The position numbers were made by a program, and so were the translations under genes. Positions 17,696 to 27,515 of a stretch of 44,286 nucleotides of DNA are shown here, piece by piece; positions within the stretch are counted from its first letter, which is position 1; each line of letters starts with the position of its first letter. Under the pieces are notes generated by a model. The model was not told where the DNA came from and made no database searches. It saw only the letters and a program-made list of their open reading frames with translations. The stretch is from a bacterium (GTDB taxonomy: Bacteria; SZUA-182; DTGQ01; JAFGSM01): NCBI GenBank assembly GCA_049472355.1, contig JBLIRP010000023.1, positions 1-44,286 on the forward strand, in the 5' to 3' direction.

Positions 17696-18475
17696 TTACC
17701 GCCTTTTCATCATCTCTATACGCAAACGGGAAAGATCGAGACCGGCCCGTGCCCTGATCGCACCCACGATTCCCTCCGCACCCATGATACACGCCCTTCG
17801 GTAGTCCTCTCCGCCGATAAGCACCCGGGGAGGGTCATCCGCAGGCCGCACCCTGACATCACTGAGTCCGAGGTCCCGGAGGGCATCCTCGGCATGCTCC
17901 AGGCCGGCGAGTTCCTCCCTCTTCAATGGATGACCCGGGGGAAGGCGGGTGGCAAGGCAGGAGTCAGCGGGCCTTTCCCAGAAGGGGATGCCTTCCTCCT
18001 GCGCATGTAACCTCAACGCATGCTTTCCAAGCCCCAATTCCCTCCAGGGGCTGAGGATCCCGAATTCCCGGTTCGCCCGCATTCCGGGACGCGCACCCGG
18101 ATCGTCCCCTGCATTGGAACCATCCAGAATGGCGACACCCGGCCCCTCTCCGGCAATCTCACGGGCACGGGAAAACATCCTCGCCTTGCACCGATAGCAC
18201 CGCTCCGGGCCATTGGATTGGATCCCCTCCTCATCGAGAGGGTCGTAGTCGATTACCAGGTGCTCGATTCCCAGGGTAGCTGCCCAGGTGGTGGCATTAT
18301 TTATGCTGTATGTTGTATGAAGTGGTGAAATAAAGGTGACGGCCCGTACCCGGCCGCCTGCGACGGCATGAACCATCTTCAAAAGGAGACAGCTATCCAG
18401 ACCACCCGAAAGACACACCACTAATGAGGAATACGGGGCCAGGATCGTGGCAAGCAATCGTTGAAGAGCAGCCAT
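17696..18475 (-). CDS. larE: ATP-dependent sulfur transferase LarE-like (PP-loop)
   Basis: SGGLDS PP-loop, N...RCYRCK, DGSNAGDD..RPGMRA, SPW.ELGL.K, SCLATR, VRVR. Confidence 0.85.
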   Translation of the reverse strand: MAALQRLLATILAPYSSLVVCLSGGLDSCLLLKMVHAVAGGRVRAVTFISPLHTTYSINNATTWAATLGIEHLVIDYDPLDEEGIQSNGPERCYRCKARMFSRAREIAGEGPGVAILDGSNAGDDPGARPGMRANREFGILSPWRELGLGKHALRLHAQEEGIPFWERPADSCLATRLPPGHPLKREELAGLEHAEDALRDLGLSDVRVRPADDPPRVLIGGEDYRRACIMGAEGIVGAIRARAGLDLSRLRIEMMKRR

Positions 18476-18756
18476 CGTGATTTCTCATGCATGAAAATAG
18501 TGATTTTGTTTGCACATTGTGAAATAAAGGACATAATTTCCGCATTGTGCAATTCTTGTTAACCTAACAGTGGGCAAGGATTTTGTGTATTAGCATATAA
18601 TATGCATAACAAAATAACAAACGATTCCTCTTTATGTGCATATATTATATGATGTTAGGGGAAGCCATTTTGACAGAAGGAGGTCCGAGAGGTATAATTG
18701 ATAGTGGTTTAACGCTCGCGTAATAGTATGTATCAATGGATGGGCAGGTGTTACTC

Positions 18757-18790
18757 TTGACACGATGATTATTCATTGCACAATGAATAA
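18757..18790 (+). promoter_or_regulatory. Perfect 10+2+10 palindrome (operator-like) next to TTGACA
   Basis: TTATTCATTG-CA-CAATGAATAA at 18769-18790; TTGACA at 18757-62. Confidence 0.6.
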
Positions 18791-18909
18791 CACTCAGGCC
18801 CAAAGGAGTGAGGTGGTGGCCGTCTGAAAAAGCAGTAAGGAATTTATGGTTAATTTTCAGGTTGTTAAAGTCAAACATCAGGGTAAAGTAAAAGAAGGGT
18901 AACCAGGTT

Positions 18910-19611
18910 ATGAAAGCTAAATGCTCTGTTCTGTGTATCATCGCATTAGTTTGTATCCTTTCATGCGCCGTAACCCTTACCATGACAACACCCGCTTATT
19001 CATACTACGGCCTCGGCATGTACGGCGGAATGCTCGGCGGCCTCGGCATGTATGGCGGCATGCTCGGCGGACTCTACGGCATGTACGGCGGACTTTATGG
19101 CGGCATGCTCGGCGGCCTCTATGGCGGCGGGCTCTACGGCATGTACGGCGGAATGCTCGGCGGCCTCGGCATGTACGGCGGCCTCATGGGCATGTACGGC
19201 GGCCTCATGGGCATGTACGGCGGCCTCATGGGCGGCCTTTACGGCGGCGGGCTCTACGGCATGTACGGCGGTTTGCTCGGCGGACTCGGCATGTACGGCG
19301 GCCTCATGGGCATGTACGGCGGAATGCTCGGCGGCCTCTATGGCGGCGGGCTCTATGGCATGTACGGCGGAATGTACGGAGGAATGTACGGAGGGCTCGG
19401 CTCATCGATTCTGTCGGCACTCCTGAGCCCGGGAACTACCACTACGCCAACCACGGTGGCGACACCGGTGGTGACCACGCCGGTGGCGACGGTGCCGGTG
19501 GCGACTCCGGTGGCGACCGCCGTGGCGACTCCGGTGGCGACCGCTGCAGCGCTCGGATTGGTCCCATTCGGATTAAGCCCATTTGGACTACCGCTTGTAC
19601 CGTTCTTCTAA
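18910..19611 (+). CDS. Secreted low-complexity Gly/Met/Tyr/Leu repeat protein with Thr/Pro/Val/Ala linker
   Basis: Signal peptide ending AYS; 133 codons (19003-19401) using only G, M, Y, L; VATP repeats; followed by a terminator. Confidence 0.8.
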   Translation: MKAKCSVLCIIALVCILSCAVTLTMTTPAYSYYGLGMYGGMLGGLGMYGGMLGGLYGMYGGLYGGMLGGLYGGGLYGMYGGMLGGLGMYGGLMGMYGGLMGMYGGLMGGLYGGGLYGMYGGLLGGLGMYGGLMGMYGGMLGGLYGGGLYGMYGGMYGGMYGGLGSSILSALLSPGTTTTPTTVATPVVTTPVATVPVATPVATAVATPVATAAALGLVPFGLSPFGLPLVPFF

Positions 19612-19642
19612 AAGAACTGCTGCGGTTTTGTGTTAGACGGAT

Positions 19643-19683
19643 AAGGGGATGCGCCGTTAGGAAATCGGCGTATCCCCTTTTTT
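19643..19683 (+). terminator. Rho-independent terminator
   Basis: AAGGGGATGCGCCG-loop-CGGCGTATCCCCTT followed by further Ts. Confidence 0.85.
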
Positions 19684-19773
19684 ACCCCTGCCCGCAGTAC
19701 CGGGTAAAAACGAACGTTCCTTGAAAATTACCTTCACGCCCAGCTATACAACCAATAAGGGCATGTATCGATA

Positions 19774-19802
19774 TTGACACCATCCGTGTAATTGCCTATA
19801 CT
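19774..19802 (+). promoter_or_regulatory. sigma70 promoter of the RND operon
   Basis: TTGACA-N17-TATACT. Confidence 0.7.
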
Positions 19803-19811
19803 TTCCACACT

Positions 19812-20954
19812 ATGAGAAAAGAAGCATTACGAAAACAGGAGGAGATTATCAGGTATATCTGGGGCATGGGACCCTGGCTGGCGGTGATTGCGCTTCTCGT
19901 TGTCGCGGGGATGCTTCTGGGGGGTATCGTCCGGAAGAAGCAACAGATCAGGGAGGAGAAGCTCGCCGCGTATGAAAAAAACCGGCAGCCGGTGAACGTG
20001 GTGGTACAGGAGATCCGGCCCACCCAGGTGGTGGACCGCATCAACCTGCCTGCTGTCATCGCCCCTCTCGAGGACCTGACCGTTCTCGCCGAGGTGAGCG
20101 GAACGATCGTCGACATTACGGTAAAGGAGGGCGACAGCGTAAATGAGGGCGATCTGCTTGCCAGGATCGATCCCCGCGACTACCAGAACCGGCTGAGACA
20201 GATCGAGGCCTCCTACAGGCTTGCCCAGGAGGACTTCGCCCGGATCTCGAAACTGGCCGAACGCGATGCCGCCTCCAGGGCGCAGCTCGATACGATCCAG
20301 GCGCGCATGGAGGAGACGGCAGCAGCACTTGCCGCTGCCAGGCTGGATCTCGCCCGGTGCACCATCACCGCCCCCCTGTCCGGGTTCATCAACCGGCGGT
20401 TTGCCAAGCCCGGCCTGCTGGTCAGCCGCTCGGATCCCCTCTTCCAGATCCTCGATACCCGGCGGGTCAAGGTGGAGGTGGGGATCCCCGAATCGGACGT
20501 CCAGGCGATCAGCGACATCGAGGAGGCGGAGATCACCGTGGAGGCCCTCGATGATCTGAAGGTGATGGGAAAAAGGGTATTCCTGTCCCGCCAGCCGGAA
20601 ACCTACGCACGGGTCTATACCCTCAAGCTGGAGGTGGAGAACCCGGACAATATCCTCAGGCCGGGGATGTTCGCACGGGTGGACCTTATCAAGGAACGAT
20701 ATCCCGACTCCTTTGTGGTTCCCCTGTACTCCGTCATCACCAATGAGGATGAGCGCTATGTATACGTGGTGAACGACGAGACCGCCCACTACCGCCCGGT
20801 GAGGCTCGGCGTGCTCCAGGGGTGGCGGGTACAGGTGATCTCGGGCATCAAGCCGGGCGACAGGGTGGTGGTGGTCGGGCAGAGAAACCTGGAGGACGGC
20901 CAGCCCGTTTCGGTCATCCGGTCCATAGGCGATCCCAGCGAGCTGCAGTTATGA
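19812..20954 (+). CDS. RND efflux periplasmic adaptor (membrane fusion protein)
   Basis: N-terminal TM, AEVSGTI..I.VKEGD.V..GDLLARID, coiled hairpin, ITAPLSG, LRPGMF, GI.PGD.VVV.GQ. Confidence 0.93.
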   Translation: MRKEALRKQEEIIRYIWGMGPWLAVIALLVVAGMLLGGIVRKKQQIREEKLAAYEKNRQPVNVVVQEIRPTQVVDRINLPAVIAPLEDLTVLAEVSGTIVDITVKEGDSVNEGDLLARIDPRDYQNRLRQIEASYRLAQEDFARISKLAERDAASRAQLDTIQARMEETAAALAAARLDLARCTITAPLSGFINRRFAKPGLLVSRSDPLFQILDTRRVKVEVGIPESDVQAISDIEEAEITVEALDDLKVMGKRVFLSRQPETYARVYTLKLEVENPDNILRPGMFARVDLIKERYPDSFVVPLYSVITNEDERYVYVVNDETAHYRPVRLGVLQGWRVQVISGIKPGDRVVVVGQRNLEDGQPVSVIRSIGDPSELQL

Positions 20955-23900
20955 TCATAAGCGACACCGCGATTCGCCAGAGAATCAGCGTGATGGTTCT
21001 CACCTCCATCGTCATTGCGTGGGGCCTCTATTCCTATTTCGCCCTCCCCCGGGAGGCGGCCCCTGACATTACCATACCCAACGTGTTCGTTTCCGCCTCC
21101 TACCGGGGGGTGTCGCCTGCAGATATCGAGAAATCCATTACCATCCCCATCGAAAAGAAGCTCAAGGGGCTGGAGAATGTAAAGAAGATCCAGTCGGTGA
21201 GCTCCGAGGGGCTCTCCTCCATCAACATCGAGTTCGTCACCGGCACGGACATCGACGATGTCCTCCAAAAGGTGCGGGACAAGGTGGACGAGGCCGACTC
21301 CGAGCTGCCCACCGACCTCGAGGAGGAACCCTCGGTGTTCGAGGTGAACTTCTCCGAGTTCCCCATCCTCGTGCTCTCCATGAGCGGAAACATCGGCCTT
21401 GCACGCCTGAAAAAGATCGCCGAGGACCTGCAGGACGATATCGAGTCCATACCCGGGGTCCTGGAGTGTGAGCTGAGCGGGGGGCTTGAACGGGAGATCC
21501 GCATCGAGCCCTATGCGGCAAGGCTTGCCTACTACGGCATACCGGTCACCTCGCTGCAGCAGATCGTGTCCGGTGAGAACCAGAATGTATCCGGCGGCAT
21601 CATCCGGATGGGTAACGGCCGGTTCCGGCTCAGGGTGCCGGGGGAATTCGACCAGCCGGAGGAAATCCTGGGCCTGGTGGTGGGCACCCACCAGGGAGAG
21701 CCGGTGTACCTCAAGGACGTGGCCCGGGTGGTGGACGGATTCAAGGACCAGGAGAGCAGATCGCGCCTGAACGGCCGCGAGGCGATCAACCTCTCGGTGA
21801 AGAAACGTTCGGGCGAAAACATCATCGCCATTACCGACCAGATCGACGAGCTGATTGCAAAGGCCAGGCAGTCATGGCCCCAGGGGGTCACCATCACAAA
21901 GCTGATGGACCATGCAAAGGACATCCGCATCATGATCGCCGACCTGGAGAACAACCTCATCTCCGGCCTGATCCTGGTGGTGCTGGTACTGCTCTTTTCC
22001 CTGGGCCTCCGGAACGCGGTGCTGGTGAGCCTCGCCATCCCCCTCTCAATGCTCATGTCCTTCACCATACTCAACGCCATGGGCATCACCCTCAACATGG
22101 TGGTGCTCTTCAGCCTCACCCTTGCACTGGGCATGCTGGTGGACAATGCCATCGTCATCGTGGAGAACATCTTCCGCTACATGGAGCAAGGGGTGCCCAA
22201 GTTCCAGGCCGCCATGAAGGCAACCAGCGAGGTGGCCTATCCGGTCATCGGCGCCACGGCAACCACGGTGTTCGCCTTCTTCCCCCTCGTGTTCTGGCCC
22301 GGAATCATGGGCGAGTTCATGAAATACCTGCCTATCACCCTGATCGTCACCCTGTCGTCGAGCCTGTTTGTGGCCCTGGTGATCACCCCGGCACTGGCGA
22401 GCTTCGTGATGAAGCCGAAGATACTCCCCGGACAGGGAACCGCCGCAACCGCCGAGGAGATACAGCGGGCAGGGGAGCAGCCGGTATCCTGCACCACCGG
22501 GATACTCAAGACCTACCGCAGGGTCCTGGAGGGCTGCCTCAATCACCGCCTGGCAGTCACGATTGCCAGCTTTCTCTTCCTCGCCGTGTGCGTGCTCGCC
22601 TGGGTGTGGAGGGTCGGCCTGGAAAAGCCGGTGGAATTCTTTCCCTATACCGATCCCATGGCCTTCTATGTCAACATGGATATGCCCGAGGGCGCCGACC
22701 TGGATTATGCCGACAATCTTGTAAAAATGGCGGAGGTCAAGGCATGCGGCGGGCACATCGATCCCCTTCGCCAGGGAAAGGCCGATATAGACGCCCTGTA
22801 CGAGTCGTGCATGAGCCCCCGGGTCCACAAGAAGGCGGACGGATCGGAGTTCCCGGGACCGGGCGACCTGGACAACGTACAATACATCTATTCACGGAGC
22901 ACCACCGCGACCGGCGGCGGCATGCGCTTCAGCGAGAATACCCCCAACCACATCGGGGTCCAGTTCATCGATCTGGAGGAGCGCACCGAGCCGTCCACCG
23001 AGACCATCGAGAGGATCAGGCAGCGTCTGACCGGAATTCCCGGCGCCAAGATCACCATCATGGAACGGGAGGAGGGGCCTCCCACCGGCGCCCCCATCAA
23101 TATCGAGGTGGTGGGTGAACGGTTCGATGTGCTGGGAGAGATTGCCCGAAACGTCCGGGAGGCGGTATCGCAGGTCCCCTTTGTGAAGGACGTGCGGGAC
23201 GACTACATCCCCGGCTACCCCTCCATAAGGGTGCGGGTGGACAGGCAGAGGGCCGCGCTCCTGGGCCTCTCCACCAACAGCATCGGGTTCGTATTGAAGA
23301 CCGCCTTCAACGGCCTCCAGGTCTCCACCTACCACGAGGCGGACGAGGATTACGACATCACCATCCAGCTTTCCGAGGAGGAGCGGGAATCCACGGGCAT
23401 ACTCAGGCACCTTCTCATTCCCAGCCCGAACGGCCAACTGGTGCCCCTGTCCACCGTGGCGAAATTCTCCTACGAGGGAAGCCTCGGGGAGATCACCCGG
23501 ATCAACCACGAGCGGGTGGTAACGGTGAAGGCCAACGTGGAGGAGGAGTATGTGCCCGGACCGGTGGCCCGCGCGCAGGCCGAAGACCTCCTTTCGGACA
23601 TCAGCCTTCCTCCCGGATACCGGGCCAGGTTCACCGGGGAATTCGAATTCCAGAAGGAGGCGGAGGATTTCCTGGGCAAGGCGTTCGTGATTGCGGTATT
23701 TCTCGTGTTCCTCATCCTGGTGGCCCAGTTCAACTCCATCAGCAAGCCGTTTATCGTGATGACCACGGTCGTCCTTTCGCTGGGGGGGGTGTTTCTCGGC
23801 CTCACCTGCTGCAAGTTCCCCTTCGGGATCATCATGACCGGGGTGGGGGTGATCTCCCTTGCCGGGGTGGTGGTGAACAACGGCATCCTGCTCATCGATT

Positions 23901-24268
23901 ACATCGGCCAGTTGAAGCAGCGGGGCTTTTCCTCCCGGGAGGCGGTCATCGCCGGGGGATGCACCAGGCTGAGGCCGGTGTTTCTGACCGCCGTCACCAC
24001 CATACTGGGACTGATTCCCATGGTGACCGGGGTCTCCTACGACTTTCACAAGGGCCACATCGCATGGGTGAGCCAGTCCAGCCAGTGGTGGCAGACCATG
24101 GCCGCTGCAGTCATCTTCGGCCTCGGCCTCGCCACCATCCTGACCCTCATCGTCGTGCCGGTCCTCTACTCCATGATCGAATCCGCACAGCGGGGATTTG
24201 CCCGTGGGGTGGCATGGTGCAGGGAGATGTACTGGAGGCCCTACCGCAAACTGTTTGAGAGGGATTGA
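20951..24268 (+). CDS. RND efflux permease (AcrB/AcrD/AcrF family)
   Basis: ATGA overlap with the MFP stop; LPREAAPDI, GMLVDNAIVIVENI, GIMGEFMKYLP, GVVVNNGILLID, RLRPVFLT motifs. Confidence 0.95.
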   Translation: MIISDTAIRQRISVMVLTSIVIAWGLYSYFALPREAAPDITIPNVFVSASYRGVSPADIEKSITIPIEKKLKGLENVKKIQSVSSEGLSSINIEFVTGTDIDDVLQKVRDKVDEADSELPTDLEEEPSVFEVNFSEFPILVLSMSGNIGLARLKKIAEDLQDDIESIPGVLECELSGGLEREIRIEPYAARLAYYGIPVTSLQQIVSGENQNVSGGIIRMGNGRFRLRVPGEFDQPEEILGLVVGTHQGEPVYLKDVARVVDGFKDQESRSRLNGREAINLSVKKRSGENIIAITDQIDELIAKARQSWPQGVTITKLMDHAKDIRIMIADLENNLISGLILVVLVLLFSLGLRNAVLVSLAIPLSMLMSFTILNAMGITLNMVVLFSLTLALGMLVDNAIVIVENIFRYMEQGVPKFQAAMKATSEVAYPVIGATATTVFAFFPLVFWPGIMGEFMKYLPITLIVTLSSSLFVALVITPALASFVMKPKILPGQGTAATAEEIQRAGEQPVSCTTGILKTYRRVLEGCLNHRLAVTIASFLFLAVCVLAWVWRVGLEKPVEFFPYTDPMAFYVNMDMPEGADLDYADNLVKMAEVKACGGHIDPLRQGKADIDALYESCMSPRVHKKADGSEFPGPGDLDNVQYIYSRSTTATGGGMRFSENTPNHIGVQFIDLEERTEPSTETIERIRQRLTGIPGAKITIMEREEGPPTGAPINIEVVGERFDVLGEIARNVREAVSQVPFVKDVRDDYIPGYPSIRVRVDRQRAALLGLSTNSIGFVLKTAFNGLQVSTYHEADEDYDITIQLSEEERESTGILRHLLIPSPNGQLVPLSTVAKFSYEGSLGEITRINHERVVTVKANVEEEYVPGPVARAQAEDLLSDISLPPGYRARFTGEFEFQKEAEDFLGKAFVIAVFLVFLILVAQFNSISKPFIVMTTVVLSLGGVFLGLTCCKFPFGIIMTGVGVISLAGVVVNNGILLIDYIGQLKQRGFSSREAVIAGGCTRLRPVFLTAVTTILGLIPMVTGVSYDFHKGHIAWVSQSSQWWQTMAAAVIFGLGLATILTLIVVPVLYSMIESAQRGFARGVAWCREMYWRPYRKLFERD

Positions 24269-24278
24269 GGGAAACGCC

Positions 24279-24704
24279 GTGGAAAACAGGAAAGAAATGG
24301 AACCGGATATCAACAGCACCCCGGTGAAGAAACTCCGATGGACCCGTTCGAAGATCCTCCTGCTCTGGCTCGGGCTTGCCCTGTTCATCGCCGTCTCTGC
24401 GGTCACCCACCTGGACAAGAAAATCGCCGCCGCCTGCGTCATCCTCTATGGTCTCATCACCCCGGTGTTCTCAGGGATCTTCGCCTTTCTGGGCACCTAC
24501 ATCGCGATGATCCCTCATTTCGGGCCCACCATCATCAAGGTCTTCACCCTCCCCGCCACCCTCCTCATCACCCTCAGCGCATACCTCATCGGCCTCATTC
24601 GAATCAAGCAGGGGATGTTCAAACAGGTGGTGAGCGCCCGGCTCTATGCACTCGTTCTGGCCATCGGCATCATCATCGGCTACATCCTGGGGAAGATCTT
24701 CTGA
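24279..24704 (+). CDS. Small hypothetical multi-TM membrane protein
   Basis: GTG 24279 after GAGGGA; about four hydrophobic segments; 10 nt downstream of the RND permease. Confidence 0.75.
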   Translation: MENRKEMEPDINSTPVKKLRWTRSKILLLWLGLALFIAVSAVTHLDKKIAAACVILYGLITPVFSGIFAFLGTYIAMIPHFGPTIIKVFTLPATLLITLSAYLIGLIRIKQGMFKQVVSARLYALVLAIGIIIGYILGKIF

Positions 24705-24934
24705 TCACGCCTACCGGTTTCCGGAACATACGGCCCAAAAAACATGGGGTTTCCTCTTTCATTCATGAAGCCGGCCCCTATAAGGCCCACCTCGTAATTT
24801 CTATGCCCCTTATCGTAAAATTTTCCCGTGAATGATCCGCCCGCAGGCATCATCCTGCGGCCCTCGCTCCTGTTATCTCCCTCCCCCTGCATCCCCTTTC
24901 CCTCCATCAAGCCTCGGACTCACCGCATGCGCTA

Positions 24935-24951
24935 CTGGCACAAGAGTTGCT
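24935..24951 (+). promoter_or_regulatory. sigma54 (-24/-12) promoter motif
   Basis: CTGGCACAAGAGTTGCT matches TGGCAC-N5-TTGC exactly; intergenic and upstream of the kinase. Confidence 0.7.
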
Positions 24952-25122
24952 TTTATTAATAGGCAACATGCCGGACAGGCATGGATTGATGACATCAGTG
25001 AAAGGGAAACGGTCCCCGCAACGATACAATTCGAATGACACATTGCCTTCTGACAGTGATACCGGACGGGTCCCATTTCCCCGCGTTTATTTGAAGGTTC
25101 TCAAGTAATTATTTATTTTTAT

Positions 25123-25166
25123 AAACTTTCATCCTTCGTTGTGATCGAAAGATCACGGGTGTTTAT
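25123..25166 (+). repeat. Dispersed hairpin element, copy 2 (GTGATC-GAAA-GATCAC)
   Basis: AAACTTTCATCCTTCGTTGTGATCGAAAGATCACGGGTGTTTAT; matches 2952-2995. Confidence 0.75.
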
Positions 25167-25229
25167 CCGAGAATTATCGAGATTCTTACAATATAGTGCC
25201 GGTGAATGGTTAGAGATGGTAGTGCAGTA

Positions 25230-27221
25230 ATGAAAAAAAGGATTGCCTGTTGTATCGAATCCCTCACCTGGGTCAGAAAGAGCCTTGCCTTCAAGCTGAT
25301 CCTGTGGATCGGCGTCATCCTCGTCATCTCCCTCAAGCTCTTCTTCTATTTCGAGAATACGGCCGACCGGCTGATGATGGTCAACCAGATCAAGGAGGAG
25401 GCATACCGCCTGAGCGATATCATCAAACGGGGCACCTACCAGGATATGCTCGAGGCGAGGAGCCAGGACCTCCAGGAGACGCTGGAGACCATCGGCGCCC
25501 AGGAGGATGTGAGAAAGGTGCGGATCGTTGAGCAGGGAAGGATCAAGCGATCCTCCATAAAGGGCGAGGTAGGCGAGAAGGTGAACAAGGATGCGGAATC
25601 GTGCATGAACTGCCACACCGTAGAGGGAGACACCCCCCTCATGGTGACCCGCTACCGCTTCTTCATCTCGGAGGAAGGTGAACATGTCCTGGGCTTTGCA
25701 AACCCCATCTACAACGAAGAAAAATGCCAGACCTGCCACAGCTCGGACAAGGAGGTGCTGGGGGTCCTGGACATCATACTCTCCACGGAGAAGGTCCACC
25801 GGGCAATCGCCGCCAATGAGAGGCGATGCCTTATCTTCATTCTATGCCTTTTCCTCATCATCGCCCTGTCCATTGCCCTGTTCATCCTGAGATTCGTGAA
25901 CAAACCGATACGCGAGCTCACCTACGGCACCCGAAGGATCACCCATGGGGACCTCGACTACCACATCCATAGCCGCACCGAGGACGAGATCGGCGAACTG
26001 GGCAAATCCTTCAACAGGATGACCGACGATCTCAAAAGCTACCAGGGACAGCTCATCCACGCGAAGGAGTACATCGACAACATCATCAAGAGCATGACCG
26101 ACTCCCTTATCGTGGTCAATCCGGACGGCAGGATCACCATGGTCAACCAGGCCGCGGTGAGGCTCCTGAGGTACGAGAGGGAGGAGGATCTCCTCGGCCG
26201 GCCCGTGGAAATGATCTTTGCAAAGGATACCCCGTTTGCCTCGCATGCCCCCGATTTTCACCACATCCTCACCAATGGCTCGACAAAAAACTATGATACG
26301 GTCTGTCGGACAAAGGAGGGGGATGAGATACCGGTCAACCTCTCCGCATCGGCCATGCACGATGAGAAGGGTGACCTCCTGGCCATTGTCTTTGTGGCCC
26401 GGGATATGAGGGAGATACAGGCGCTCATCGCCGATCTCAAGCATGCCTACAGGGACCTGCAGGCCACCCAGACCCAGTTGATCCAGTCCTCGCGCCTGGC
26501 ATCCATGGGGGTGCTTGCCGCAGGTGTCGCCCATGAGATCAACAATCCGATCAACACCATCATCAACTATGCCGATCTGCTGGAGGATGATCTAAGCCCG
26601 GATACGGAGCCTGCCGATTATGTTCGATGGATCCGCAGGGAGGGACAGCGGATCGTCTCCATCGTAAAAAGCCTCCTGTCGTTTGCCCGAACAGACAACA
26701 AGGAGTTCACTCCCTGTGAGATAACCGACATCATCACGACCTCCATTGCCTTCATGAATGCCTACCTGGCCAAGGACAGGATCCGTATCCAGACAGTCTA
26801 TGATTCGAATCTGCCCGGAATCAGGGCAAGGTCTACACAGTTGGAGCAGGTATTCATCAATCTGCTCATCAACGCCCGGGATGCGCTCAACGAAAAATAC
26901 CCCCAGGCGCACGAAGACAAGCTCATCACCATAGAGGCAAAGGGTATCGAAAGGGACGGTGCACCTTATATCAGCGTCCGGTTCACCGACTCCGGCATCG
27001 GGATCGACGAAGAGAACCTGGACAGGATCTTCGACCCCTTCTTCACCACCAAACGGGCGGACAAGGGGACCGGACTCGGGCTCAGCATCACCTATGGGAT
27101 CATTGAAGACCACAAGGGATCCGTGTCTGTTTCAAGCACAAAAGGCAAAGGAACAACCTTCACCATCGAGATCCCCGCAGAGGTAAGCCTGGTTCGCACC
27201 GCAGGCATTGCCTGCCGTTAG
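25230..27221 (+). CDS. Sensor histidine kinase with periplasmic haem-c motifs, HAMP, PAS, HisKA and HATPase domains
   Basis: TM, CMNCH, CQTCH, TM; HAMP ([13 protein letters not shown]); PAS ([18 protein letters not shown]); [40 protein letters not shown]. Start 25230 or 25206. Confidence 0.93.
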   Translation: MKKRIACCIESLTWVRKSLAFKLILWIGVILVISLKLFFYFENTADRLMMVNQIKEEAYRLSDIIKRGTYQDMLEARSQDLQETLETIGAQEDVRKVRIVEQGRIKRSSIKGEVGEKVNKDAESCMNCHTVEGDTPLMVTRYRFFISEEGEHVLGFANPIYNEEKCQTCHSSDKEVLGVLDIILSTEKVHRAIAANERRCLIFILCLFLIIALSIALFILRFVNKPIRELTYGTRRITHGDLDYHIHSRTEDEIGELGKSFNRMTDDLKSYQGQLIHAKEYIDNIIKSMTDSLIVVNPDGRITMVNQAAVRLLRYEREEDLLGRPVEMIFAKDTPFASHAPDFHHILTNGSTKNYDTVCRTKEGDEIPVNLSASAMHDEKGDLLAIVFVARDMREIQALIADLKHAYRDLQATQTQLIQSSRLASMGVLAAGVAHEINNPINTIINYADLLEDDLSPDTEPADYVRWIRREGQRIVSIVKSLLSFARTDNKEFTPCEITDIITTSIAFMNAYLAKDRIRIQTVYDSNLPGIRARSTQLEQVFINLLINARDALNEKYPQAHEDKLITIEAKGIERDGAPYISVRFTDSGIGIDEENLDRIFDPFFTTKRADKGTGLGLSITYGIIEDHKGSVSVSSTKGKGTTFTIEIPAEVSLVRTAGIACR

Positions 27222-27515
27222 CTCCCAGACTTCATCCCTGGTGCGTCACGATCATACCACCGCGGATTCCAAATAATTTTCAGTCTGGTCCCATGGGCAT
27301 CACAGTTGGCGCTATTAATGCCCAGTACCGCGGGAGTATGGGGATGGCTCTTGGCCAATCCAATTTTTATTTTCTACTCCCTACGCTTCTATAGCCTCTT
27401 TAGGGTATAATGGCAAATATCCTGCATGAAATTCTTGGGGAGAACCGGAAAAAATTCTTTGCGAAAGATGTTTTTATTATTAAGGATCCTTGGTATACAG
27501 GGGGAGAGGAGAGGG

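Noticed and set aside
18921..19724. Arg/His-rich 267-aa ORF (RHVRR repeats) and Ala/Cys-rich ORF 19052..19426
   Set aside because: Alternative frames of the GGC-rich repeat. The Gly frame has a signal peptide and ends just before the terminator, which lies inside the Arg-rich ORF.
19827..24442. Long minus-strand ORFs (19827..20789, 20789..21691, 22046..22882, 22892..24442)
   Set aside because: Antisense to the RND genes; expected from high GC3 codon bias; no recognisable motifs.
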